A stretch of DNA of 64,000 bases. It comes from Macrostomum lignano (lineage: Eukaryota). The stretch is taken from NCBI GenBank assembly GCA_002269645.1, contig NIVC01000616.1:434001-498000 (forward strand). Reading direction: 5' to 3'. Positions within the stretch are counted from its first letter, which is position 1. Every line of letters begins with the position of its first letter. Shown here piece by piece: positions 12,530-25,101 of this stretch. The notes under the pieces were generated by a model. That model saw only the letters and a program-made list of their open reading frames with translations, had not been told where the DNA came from and made no database searches. The position numbers and the translations under genes were made by a program.

Positions 12530-15500
12530 ATGTCTGGAAGGGGGCGTCGGCGCGGCCGCGGCGGCCCAGGTGACGATGGCTGGGGCGAATTCGGCGGCTA
12601 CATGGAGGCCAAGAAGAGCAAGTTGGCTGCTCAGTTTGAGCAGGAGATCTCCTCAGACGAGGCGGATGAAGCTGCATCGGGGGATCGCGCTGAGCACATC
12701 AGGCCGATATTTGCGGGAGTCTGCATTCACGTTGATGGGTACACTGAGCCTCCGGCGCATGAACTCAAGCGGCTGATGCAAAAATACGGGGGCAGGTGCG
12801 ACCCTCGGTTTTTTATAATTCAGTTCAAAAAATTTTACTATCGTCTGGCTTGACAATCTTATTTGGAATTTCTCCCAGTTATACGAGATACTTGAGAATC
12901 TCCCCCAGTTTACCATCTAAGGATCTGCCCAATTCCCCTCTAAGAGTCTTCAAAATTCCTCTCTTAGAATCTCCCCAATTCCCCTCTAAGAATCTTCCCA
13001 ATTCCCCTCTAAGAATCTTCCCAATTCCCCTCTAAGATTCTTCTCAATTCCCCTCTAAGAATCTTCCAAATTCCTCTCTAAGAATCTTCCCAATTCCCCT
13101 CTAAGAATCTTCCCAATTCCCCTCTAAGAATCTTCCCAATTCCCCTCTAAGAATCTTCCCAATTCCCCTCTAAGAATCTTCCCAATTCCCCTCTAAGAAT
13201 CTTCCCAATTCCCCTCTAAGAATCTTCCCAATTCCCCTCTAAGAATCTTCCCAATTCCCCTCTAAGAATCTTCCCAAATTCTCCTCTAAGAATCTTCCCA
13301 ATTCCCCTCTAAGAATCTTCCCAATTCCCCTCTAAGAATATCCTAAATTCCCCTCTAGGAATCATCAATTCCTCTATACGTTCTACTAGCTCGTAGAAGC
13401 CGGTTTTGGCTGCTGCTAAAAGCTTGTGTCTTATCTCCCCAACTCCCCTCTGAGAATTTCTCAGTTGCCCCTGTCGCCGGCCACCGCAGGTATGCTCATT
13501 ACTACAGCAGAGCTGAGGTGAGCCACACTGTAGCAAGCCAGCTGGCCACCAGTAAGCTGAAGGCCCTGCAGCCAGACCGAATAGTGGTGACACCGCGGTG
13601 GATCACCGACAGTCTGAAGGCTGGCAAGCGTCTGAACGAGGCGCCCTACAGACTGCGGGTCGGTCAGGAGGCGCCGAACCCTCCGCCGCCGAGCTGCTCG
13701 CCTTCGAAGGGAGCCTCAGCCGCGATGGGCCGGCCTGAATACATCGGGCAGTTCTATGCGAACAGCAGGCTGCACCATATCTCTGCTTGGGCAGGTGGGC
13801 GATTATCTTCTTATCTTAGAAATAATCCTATCTGATAAGCAACGATAATCCAACATGAGAATCGCCCCAATCTCACTTGAGAATCGCTCCAATCTCACCT
13901 GAGAATCGCCTAATCTAATTTGAGAATCGCTCCAATCTCACTTGAGAATCGCTCCAATCTCACCTGAGAATCGCTCCAATCTCACCTGAGAATCGCCCTA
14001 ATCTCACTTGAGAATCGCTCCAATCTCACCTGAGAATCGCCCAATCTCACTTGAGAATCGCTCCAATCTCACCTGAGAATCGCTCCAATCTCACCTGAGA
14101 ATCGCTCCAATCTCACCTGAGAATCGCCCAATCTCACTTGAGAATCGCTCCAATCTCACCTGAGAATCGCTCCAATCTCGCCTGAGAATCGTCTAATCTA
14201 ATTTGAGAATCGCTCCAATCTCACTTGAGAATCGCTCCAATCTCACCTGAGAATCGCTCCAATCTCACCTGAGAATCGCCCTAATCTCACTTGAGAATCG
14301 CTCCAATCTCACCTGAGAATCGCCCAATCTCACTTGAGAATCGCTCCAATCTCACCTGAGAATCGCCCAATCTCACTTGAGAATCGCTCCAATCTCACCT
14401 GAGAATCGCTCCAATCTCACTTGAGAATCGCTCCAATCTCACCTGAGAATCGCCCAATCTCACTTGAGAATCGCTCCAATCTCACCTGAGAATCGCTCCA
14501 ATCTCGCCTGAGAATCGCCTAATCTAATTTGAGAATCGCTCCAATCTCACTTGAGAATCGCTCCAATCTCACCTGAGAATCGCTCCAATCTCACCTGAGA
14601 ATCGCCCAATCTCACTTGAGAATCGCTCCAATCTCACCTGAGAATCGCTCCAATCTCACTTGAGAATCGCTCCAATCTCACCTGAGAATCGCCCAATCTC
14701 ACTTGAGAATCGCTCCAATCTCACCTGAGAATCGCTCCAATCTCGCCTGAGAATCGCCTAATCTAATTTGAGAATCGCTCCAATCTCACTTGAGAATCGC
14801 TCCAATCTCACCTGAGAATCGCTCCAATCTCACCTGAGAATCGCCCTAATCTCACTTGAGAATCGCTCCAATCTCACCTGAGAATCGCCCAATCTCACTT
14901 GAGAATCGCTCCAATCTCACCTGAGAATCGCTCCAATCTCACTTGAGAATCGCTCCAATCTCACCTGAGAATCGCCCAATCTCACTTGAGAATCGCTCCA
15001 ATCTCACCTGAGAATCGCTCCAATCTCACCTGAGAACGATTCCAACTCTACAAAACCCAGGGAAAGCGCGCCAGCTGGTGGCAGACATGCGGGCCGCAGG
15101 CGCCGCCAGATTCCCCGGCGCCGATCGGCTGCGCGCCATGGCCGAGGCCGAGCGCAGCGGGACGGCCGCCGCCGGTCGAGAGCAGCCGCAGCACCAGCGA
15201 GTTGTGATGCACATCGACATGGACTGCTTCTTTGTCTCCGTGGCGCTGCTCACCCGGCCGGAGCTGCGCGGCAAACCAGTCGCCGTGTCGCACGCTTCGA
15301 CGTCGTCGCGGCAGGCGTCTGGGGACGCCGGGGGCAGCAGTGACAGGCTGAGAGCCAGACGAGGCGCCGACCCAGACTGGGAGATGCGGCAGTACGGCGG
15401 TGCTGTGGCGTGAGAGACTTATTTTGGGCCTGTCGTGATTGAATTCCGCTCCCCGATCCGCCCCTCGATCCGCTCCCCGATCCGCCCCTCGATTTAACCC

Positions 15501-18500
15501 CCGATCCGCTCCCCGATCCGCCCCTCGATCCGCTCCCCGATCCATCCCTCGATCCGCTCCCCGATCCGCCGCTCGATCCGTCCCTCGATCCGCTCCCCGA
15601 TCCGCTCCCCGATCCGCTCCCCGATCCGCTCCCCGATCCGCCCCTCGATCCGCTCCCCGATCCGCTCCCCGATCCGCTCTCCGATCCGCTCCCCGATCCG
15701 CCCCTCGATCCGCTCCCCGATCCGCTCCCCGATCCGCCCCTCGATCCGCTCCCCGATCCGCTCCCCGATCCGCTCCCCGATCCGCCCCTCGATCCGCTCC
15801 CCGATCCGCTCCCCGATCCGCTCCCCGATCTGCCCCTCGATCCGCTCCCCGATCCGCCCCTCGATCCGCTCCCCGATCCGCCCCTCGATCCGCTCCCCGA
15901 TCCGCTCCCCGGTTCGCCCTCGATTCGCTCTACCCCCCACAATCCGCTCTCCCCAACAGCTGCGCACAATGCAGATGCTCATTCCCCATTCTGCTCCCAA
16001 CCCGCAGCTCAGAGAAGGCCAGTTGCGGCTCCCTGCACCAGTCCTGGTCCGAGGTGGCCTCCTGCAGCTATGCGGCTCGGGCCTGCGGCGTTCGCAACGG
16101 CATGCTGCTTGGCCGGGCTCGCGAGCTGTGCCCCGAGCTCATCACGGTGCCGTACGAGTTCGAAGCCTACGAAGCCGCCTCCAGCCAGCTGTACCGCCTG
16201 CTCGGCGAGTTCACGCACAGCCTGCAGGCGGTCAGCTGCGATGAGCTGTTTGTTGACTGCGGCGAGCTGCTCAGGGAGACGGGAGCGTCGCCTGCCCAGC
16301 TGGCCTGTCTGGTGCGCAAGGAGGTGCAGGAGCGGACTGGAGGCTGCACTGCCAGGTGAACTGCTAACAGGGACTACTAAGTAGATGGACGAGAAAACGA
16401 TACGTTTCTTGGAAATTTTAGGAGGCCGGTTTTTTTATCATTCTTATAGCTTTCTGATTAAGACGTAGTTCAAACTTCCTTGACTACTGATAGTAGGATA
16501 ATTAGAAATGAGTTGCGTCCTTAGAAGTCCGTTTTATCTGATGTTTTAACAATGCGATTTAGTTATTAATTTTGCCGACAAAACCCGACTCAGCTGCGGC
16601 CTCGGCCCCAACCTGCTGGTGGCCCGCCTGGCAACCAAGCAGGCCAAGCCGGACGGCCAGCGGGTGCTGCTGGACCCGGCCGGGATCGCCGAACTGCTGC
16701 GCGACCTGCCGGTCCGCGAACTGCCCGGGGTTGGACGCGCGCTGGAGGCCCGCCTGACCAGCTTGGGTTTCGGCACCTGCGGCCTGCTGCGCGGCGCTCA
16801 GGTGTCCGCGCTGGGCCGCGAACTCGGGCCGCGGGTGGCCCAGACCCTGCTGGATGCGGCCAACGGGCGCGACGACCGGCCGGTGCTGGCCGAGCGCGAG
16901 CGGAAGTCCATCTCGGCCGAGATTAACTACGGCGTCCGATTCCAGACCATGGCCGACTGCGAGGCTTTCCTTGACGGGCTGTGCCGCGAGCTGCAGGCCA
17001 GAATGCGGGCGGCTAAAGTGCGTGGTAGGGCCATGCATTTCAAGGTAAGATATTGCGCTTGCTATGCTGTTTTCATTCGGTTGCTAGGTGGTTGCTATGC
17101 TGTTTTCATTCGGTTGCTAGGTGGTTGCTATGCTGTTTTCATTCGGTTGCTAGGTGGTTGCTATGCTGTTTTCATTCGGTTGCTAGGTGGTTGCTATGCT
17201 GTTTTCATTCGGTTGCTAGGTGGTTGCTATGCTGTTTTCATTCGGTTGCTAGGTGGTTGCTATGTTGTTTTCATTCGGTTGCTAGGTGGTTGCTATGCTG
17301 TTTTCATCCGGTTGCTAGGTGGTTGCTATGCTGTTTTCATTTGGTTGCTAGGTGGTTGCTATGCTGTTTTCATTCGGTTGCTAGGTGGTTGCTAGGCAGA
17401 TTTCATTCGGTTGCTAGGTGGTTGCTATGCTGTTCTCATGCGGTTGCTATGCTGTTATGCGGTTGCTAGGTGGTCGCTAACTTTTAATTAACAAGTTTTC
17501 GTCATCGATGCGCCCAATGCTCTACATATCGATTCTGGAATTCGATCTGGGATAACAATTCCGTGTTGTCATTGCAACCGCACCGCAGGCTATGATGCGC
17601 CGGTCAGATGCTCCGCAGGAGACGGCGAAATTCGGCGGCCACGGCGTCTGCAACACCGTCAACAAGAGCGTCGCACTGCCGCTAGACACCGACGATGCCA
17701 GACTGCTGCTGCAGGAGTGCATGATCATTGTGCGCCAGCTCCGCTTGGCGCCGCAGGATATGCGCGGCTTGGGCATCCACATGACTCGACTGGTGCCGGC
17801 GACTACCGGTTCCGGCGGAAGCGGCTCCAGCGGAGGAGGCGGCGGAGGCGGGCGGTCCATGGATATCAGCCGTTTTGCCAAAAAGGTTAATCCTTTCGCT
17901 GCTAGCGGATCTGCTGCGAGCTCTCTATCTGGCGCCACTTCCAGTTCTATGTCTGGCGCCACTTCCGGTTCTATGTCCGGCGCCACTTCCGGTTCTATGT
18001 CTGGCGCCACTTCCGGTTCTATGTCTGGCGCCACTTCCGGTTCTATGTCCGGCGCCACTTCCGGTTCTATGTTCGGCGCCACTTCCGGTTCTATGTCTGG
18101 CGCCACTTCCGGTTCTATGTTTGGCGCCACTTCCGTTTCTATGTCCGGTGCTACTTCCGGTTCTATGTCCGGCGCCACTTCCGGTTCTATGTCTGGCGCC
18201 ACATCCGGTTCTATGTCCGGCGCCACTTCCGGTTCTATGTCTGGCGCCACTTCCGGTTCTATGTCCGGCGCCACTTCCGGTTCTATGTCTGGCGCCACTT
18301 CCGGTTCTATGTCCGGCGCCACTTCCGGTTCTATGTCTGGCGTCACATCCGGTTTTCTCTCTGGCGCTGCTTCTGGTGCTACTTTCAGCTCTGCTTCTGG
18401 CACCAGTTCTAGCAATACCTTCGGTGGCCCGTCAGGCGCTACTTCCGGTGCATCGTCCGGTGCATCCGGTGCAAAACTGCTTGGCCGCAAGGCTTCATCC

Positions 18501-21500
18501 AACTGCTATTCCAGTGACAGAAACAAAGTGACAGGAAAGGCAAATTTCTTTGCAAATGCCGCGGGTCCAAGCCTGATAGAGGAGGAAGAGGGCGACGAAC
18601 GGGCCGACAGTCCAGCTGTGTAAGAGCCACTGCTTCCTGTTTCCGGCTCTGCTTTGGTTTCACAAAACTGAACTTAGCCTTGCTTGTGCGATGCTAGATT
18701 TATTGCTTGGCTGCCCCTGGAAGCAGTGAGGCTGGCAGTCTGCGCCACCGGAAACTTGAGCCGCGTGAGAGCGAGAGAGAGAGAGTTTTATTTTAGAATA
18801 GTTTATCCGATTCTGATCATCTGTGTTACACTGCCTTGAGTGAGGCTTGCGTTCTTGTGAGTGCCAGTATGACTGGGGTGTATGAGCGATGCTATGACTG
18901 GTGTGTATGAGCGATGCTATGATTGGTGTGTATGAGCGATGCTATGACTGGTGTGTATGAGCAATGCTATGACTGGGGTGTATGAGCGATGCTATGACTG
19001 GTGTGTATGAGCGATGCTATGACTGGTGTGTATGAGCGGTGCTATGACTGGTGTGTATGAGCGGTGCTATGACTGGTGTGTATGAGCAATGCTATGACTG
19101 GTGTGTATGAGCGGTGCTATGACTGGTGTGTATGAGCGGTGCTATGACTGGTGTGTATGAGCGGTGCTATGACTGGTGTGTATGAGCGGTGCTATGACTG
19201 GTGTGTATGAGCAATGCTATGACTGGTGTGTATGAGCGGTGCTATGACTGGTGTGTATGAGCGGTGCTATGACTGGTGTGTATGAGCGATGCTATGACAG
19301 CTGTGTATGAGCGGTGCTATAACTGGTATGTATGAGCGATGCTATGACTGGTGTGTATGAGCGATGCTATGATTGGTGTGTATGAGCGATGCTATGACTG
19401 GTGTGTATGAGCGATGCTATGATTGGTGTGTATGAGCGATGCTATGACTGGTGTGTATGAGCGATGCTATGACTGGTGTGTATGAGCGATGCTATGATTG
19501 GGGTGTATGAGCGATGCTATAACTGGTGTGTATGAGCGATGCTATAACTGGTGTGTATGAGCGATGCTATGACTGGTGTGTATGAGCGATGCTATGACTG
19601 GTGTGTATGAGCAATGCTATGACTGGGGTGTATGAGCGATGCTATGACTGGTGTGTATGAGCGATGCTATGATTGGTGTGTATGAGCGATGCTATGACTG
19701 GTGTGTATGAGCAATGCTATGACTGGTGTGTATGAGCGATGCTATGATTGGTGTGTATGAGCGATGCTATAACTGGTGTGTATGAGCGATGCTATGACTG
19801 GTGTGTATGAGCGATGCTATGACTGGTGTGTATGAGCAATGCTATGACTGGGGTGTATGAGCGATGCTATGACTGGTGTGTATGAGCGATGCTATGATTG
19901 GTGTGTATGAGCGATGCTATGACTGGTGTGTATGAGCAATGCTATGACTGGGGTGTATGAGCGATGCTATGACTGGTGTGTATGAGCGATGCTATGATTG
20001 GTGTGTATGAGCGATGCTATGACTGGTGTGTATGAGCGATGCTATGACTGGTGTGTATGAGCAATGCTATGACTGGGGTGTATGAGCGATGCTATGACTG
20101 GGGTGTATGAGCGATGCTATGACTGGTGTGTATGAGCAATGCTATGACTGGGGTGTATGAGCGATGCTATGACTGGTGTGTATGAGCGATGCTATGATTG
20201 GTGTGTATGAGCGATGCTATGACTGGTGTGTATGAGCGGTGCTATGACTGGTGTGTATGAGCGATGCTATGACTGGTGTGTATGAGCGATGCTATGATTG
20301 GTGTGTATGAGCGATGCTATGACTGGTGTGTATGAGCGATGCTATGACTGGTTTGTATGAGCGATGCTATGACTGGTGTGTATGAGCGATGCTAATGAAT
20401 GATTGGTGTGTAAGAGCGGTGCTATGACTTGTGTGTATGACCGATATATGATCCATGTCATATATTACCACTAGCCATTCACAATACTAGCATTCACCAC
20501 CAGCCATTCACAGTGCTAGCATTCACCATCAGCCATTCACAATGCTAGCATTCACCATCAGCCATTCACAGTGCTAGCATTCACCATCAGCCATTCACAA
20601 TGCTAGCATTCACCATCAGCCATTCACAATGCTAGCATTCACCATCAGCCATTCACAGTACTAGCATTCACCATCAGCCATTCACAATACTAGCATTCAC
20701 CATCAGCCATTCACAATACTAGCATTCACCATCAGCCATTCACAGTGTAGCATTTACCATCAGCCATTCACAGTACTAGCATTCACCATTAGCCATTCAC
20801 AATGCTAGCATTCACCATCAGCCATTCACAATACTAGCATTCACCATCAGCCATTCACAATACTAGCATTCACCATCAGCCATTCACAGTGCTAGCATTC
20901 ACCATCAGCCATTCACAATGCTAGCATTCACCATCAGCCATTCACAGTACTAGCATTCACCATCAGCCATTCACAATACTAGCATTCACCATCAGCCATT
21001 CACAATACTAGCATTCACCATCAGCCATTCACAGTGCTAGCATTCACCATCAGCCATTCACAATGCTAGCATTCACCATCAGCCATTCACAATACTAGCA
21101 TTCACCATCAGCCATTCACAGTACTAGCATTCACCATCAGCCATTCACAATACTAGCATTCACCATCAGCCATTCACAATACTAGCATTCACCATTAGCC
21201 ATTCACAATGCTAGCATTCACCAGCAGCCATTCACAATGCTAGCATTCACCATCAGCCATTCACAATGCTAGCATTCACCAGCATGTTGACCACCGCAGC
21301 CCCTCAGCAGCGGACTGCACTCAGTACGACCTGTCCTCGGCCCTCTTGGACTCCGGTGCTCCACAAATCGACGAAGATTTTCTTGCCGCCCTGCCGGACT
21401 CCATGGCCACTGCTATCCGAGCTCAGCTCCGGGACCGGGACCAGAATCGGGATCGGGATCAGGATCGGGATCAGGTGGTCCCGCTGCCAGCCGCCTCCCA

Positions 21501-23007
21501 GCTCAGCCAGTCCTGTCTGGCCGCCCTGCCGCCGGAAATCCGGGCCGAGCTGGATGCCGCCTACGCTGCCGAGGAGCGGCAGAGGCTGAGAAGGGAGCAG
21601 CAGCCGCAGCTGCCGCCACCGCCGCTGCGCAAGGCTGGACGGGGCAGGCCGAAGGGCAGCAGGAATCGAACCCATGCCGCTCCTGCTGGCGGGGCTGCTG
21701 GGTTGGCTGGAAAGTCCGGAGTCTCCAGGTGAGACTCGAGATCGTGTCTCTGAGTTTTTTGTCTCTATGAGATTTTGGCTTCGTCTCAGAGATTTTGGCT
21801 TCGTCCCTATGAGATTTTGACTTTGTCTCTGTGAGATTTTGGCTTCTCTTTGAGATTTTGAGTGTGTCTCTGAAATTTTGAGTGTCTCTATGAGATTTTG
21901 GCTTCCTCACTATGAGATTTTGGCTTCGTCACTATGAGATTTTGGCTTCGTCCCTATGAGATTTTCGCTTCGTCTCTATGAGATTTTGGCTTCGTCCCTA
22001 TGAGATTTTGGCTTCGTCTCTATCAGATTTTGGCTTTGTCTCTGTGAGATTTTGGATTTGTCTGTATGAGATTTTGTGTGTCTCTCTATGAGATTTTGGA
22101 TTCATCTCTATGAGATTTTGTGTGTTTCTATGAGATTTTGAGTGTGTCTCTGAGATTTTGGGTGTGTCTCTATGAGATTTTGGCTTCGTCTCTATGAGAT
22201 TTTGGCTTCGTCCCTATGAGATTTTGGCTTTGTCTCTTTGAGATTTTGGCTTCGTCTTTATTAGATTTTGACTCTGTCTCTATGAGATTTTGGATTCATC
22301 CCTATGAGATTTTGGCTTCGTCCCTATGAGATTTTGGCTTCGTCCCTATGAGCCCATGCCGCAACCCCGCCTCAATTTCCAGGACGGCCCCCCAATCGTC
22401 CAGGAAGAAACCCGGCGTCAAGCAGCTGACTGTGGCCGAGATGTTTCGCAGACCGCAGACCGCGCCTCCCTCGCCGCCGCCGCCGCTGCCGCCACCGCCG
22501 CCGTCACCGCCGATCTCCTCGACAGTCGAACCCGAGGCCGCTACCGATGTCGCCGCAGCGGCCACGGCCGAGGCGGCGGTCGACCACCTCGACGCCGGCT
22601 GTCTTGACGGGTCGCCGCCGCCGCTGTTGCTTCGTCCGCCGAGTCTCTGCGGTCGCGGCAGGCGACTTGCCGACCTCCGCCGGCTGCTGACCGACTGGAC
22701 AGCCTCGGCTGAGTCGCCGCGTCCAGCCGACGAGCGCCTGCTGCTGCGGTTCTTCCTGGCCCACCTTCCGGATCACCTGACCCGGCTGTACCGGCTGGTG
22801 CGCCATTTCAAATCCGTGGCCGAGGCCGCGGGGGCGGCTGGGCTGCCGCCTGCGCTCGGCTGGTGGCCGCGGTTCAGGCTGGAGTGGCCCGGCACATGTC
22901 CGGGTCGCAACTGGCCTTGTGTTGACTTGGTTGCTATGGTGTTTCTAAGGCGGCTTGGTATGGTTTTGCTGTGCTGTTACTATGGTGTTGCTATGCTGTT
23001 ACTATGA
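12530..23007 (+). CDS. rev1: DNA repair protein REV1 (Y-family deoxycytidyl transferase), at least 8 exons; 3' end unresolved
   Basis: Phase-consistent exons 12530-12795, 13490-13794, 15061-15409, 16008-16355, 16594-17044, 17589-18619, 21300-21728, 22383-(~22875 or stop at 23007). Motifs: GWGEFGGYMEAK, BRCT (FAGVCIHVDGYT...PRWITDS), SRLHHIS N-digit, HIDMDCFFVSV, ASCSYAAR, AVSCDE, ETAKFGGHG, two UBMs (FLAALPD, CLAALPPEIRAEL) and a CTD-like LRRLLTDW...ADERLL. Confidence 0.95.
12880..13400. repeat. 23-bp minisatellite, REV1 intron 1
   Basis: Unit AATTCCCCTCTAAGAATCTTCCC. Confidence 0.95.
13855..15035. repeat. 21/22-bp minisatellite, REV1 intron 2
   Basis: Unit GAGAATCGCTCCAATCTCACCT, ~50 copies with patterned variants. 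Confidence 0.95.
15445..15915. repeat. 12-bp minisatellite, REV1 intron 3
   Basis: Unit GATCCGCTCCCC / GATCCGCCCCTC. Confidence 0.95.
17060..17480. repeat. 33-bp minisatellite, REV1 intron 5
   Basis: Unit TGCTATGCTGTTTTCATTCGGTTGCTAGGTGGT. Confidence 0.95.
17926..18360 (+). repeat. 24-bp in-frame minisatellite within predicted REV1 exon 6, (SGATSGSM)x~18
   Basis: Unit TCCGGTTCTATGTCTGGCGCCACT; frame stays open through it. Confidence 0.9.
18870..20440. repeat. 25-bp minisatellite, REV1 intron 6 (5' array)
   Basis: Unit GCTATGACTGGTGTGTATGAGCGAT. Confidence 0.95.
20470..21280. repeat. 29-bp minisatellite, REV1 intron 6 (3' array)
   Basis: Unit AGCATTCACCATCAGCCATTCACAATGCT. Confidence 0.95.
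21760..22352. repeat. 22-bp minisatellite, REV1 intron 7
   Basis: Unit CTATGAGATTTTGGCTTCGTCT. Confidence 0.95.
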
Positions 23008-23110
23008 TGTTTCTGTGCTGTTACTATGGTATTGCTATGCTGTTTCATTGGTGTTGCTATGCTGTTACTATGATGTTGCTATGCTGTTTCTGTGGTGTTG
23101 CTATGCCGTT
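22925..23110. repeat. degenerate GTTGCTATGCT-family minisatellite
   Basis: Repeated GTTGCTATGCTGTTAC/TTTC variants. Confidence 0.8.
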
Positions 23111-23592
23111 GCTGGGTTGTTGCTGCACTGGATCTGTAGGACATACCACTGTAGCCATATAATGCTAATTAACTTCGTGCCTTTTCAAAACTGATTTTCA
23201 ACTTGGGGTTGCGAACAACCCGTTTCTCTGCAGTACTTCTGCGGCTGAGTGACGCAGATGATGCAGCTCTCGACTGGCAGATTTCTGTAATTTTATTGAC
23301 GTCAGGAATTCGCTTGGCTGCTTCGGCTGCCGAATTAAAGTGCATTTCAGTGCACCCGCACCAATACATTTTTGCGTAGTTTAAGCAGACTTTCTCGCAA
23401 GAACTTTGCCTCGTAAATTGCACTGATTTACCGTTACTTAGTGGTTATAAGTCCGATTGGTGTATAAATATATTTTTATCCAGGCATTCTCTTTTGCACG
23501 AACTTCATTTATTTTTTTCATTTAACGAAGTTAAAACAAAACTTCCTTTGTCTTCGTTAATTAATGCATTTAGATTTCTCGTAACTCTCCTT

Positions 23593-23925
<333 letters not shown>

Positions 23926-25101
23926 TCTGTGTTCCAATTCGCAGCAATCTTCAGCCTTGCATGTCTGCATTGCTGCCCCAATTTCGCATTTCACCTGCCT
24001 GGCACTGCAACTCCTGTGCCCCATGGCGGACTTCCTGTCCATGGTTTTTCTATTCTTCGATCGAATTTCCAACCAAGAAGCGGTCTGCAGCAGTCGCCCC
24101 CGTGACACACAGAGGCCAGGTTTGCAGCCGCAAGCCGCACTGCAACGCAGATAATTTATGCCGGCTGACACCTGAGATCTGATAGCAACAGGCTGCCAAA
24201 GAACTGAACGCAAGACTTCTGCGGTGTAGGTAATAATTCTGTAGTATATTTCGCTTACACATATTTATATTCTAATGAGCAACATGTACGTAGAGAGAAG
24301 CCGTTTAGTGCGCGATCGCGGCAGATAAAATTTCGAATTTCTCTTAATAAAAAAGCTATCAAGAATTCTGTGTAGCACTGATGTTATCACAAGCATTGGT
24401 TGGGGTTGAGTCTGTGTGCTCAGCACCACAGTTTGGCAATACGACTACATACAACAGCAGCAAATTTTCATTAAAATTGCATCTAGAACTGTACTAGAGC
24501 GGAATTTGTTGCACAATATAAAAGGTGACAGCCATTGACAGCAAAGAGCTGCAGATGTGCATCAGCAGTAACCATTTGCAAGCTGCCAATGTTATACTTT
24601 CCTGCTAGTGTTAAAACACAGCAAGTAGATAATTGACTTCGCTGTTCTTGGAAAATAGCACGTGACAACAAAAACATGAATACTAGAAATTCGAGTTTGG
24701 AAATTGGTAGCTAAGAAGCGGCATTACATGTAGTAATGAGTAATTTCACAATGCGTCAAAGATGTGTACCGATATGTACAGTGCTGGGCGCCGCTGGGAC
24801 ATTGATGGTAAAATTGACTTTGAAATTTCGAATGAGTATCGGATTAGTGTTGAGTCCATTGTAGAGAAATGCGGCCCATGAACAGGGCCTTATAAATTGA
24901 TTGATTGATTCGCTCCGAGGCAGGTAAATATAGGATTATGGCAGTATTGACCAGGCTGGCATTCAATTATGGATTTTTCTAGGTGGCCGAAGCCGCGTGC
25001 TTGTTTATGAGAGGAGCAGATAGGAACAATTGCAAAGCGTGGCGGGCTGGTATGTACATCCGTGAGGAGCTGTGTACAGGCAGGCACCTTATTGACTCCG
25101 C

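Noticed and set aside
8130-15035. CRISPR-like appearance of regular repeats
   Set aside because: Units are head-to-tail with no unique spacers, there are no cas genes, and the context is eukaryotic.
23957-24182. Candidate REV1 terminal exon after the (TCTG)n tract
   Set aside because: No frame gave convincing similarity to the REV1 C-terminal helix; left unresolved.
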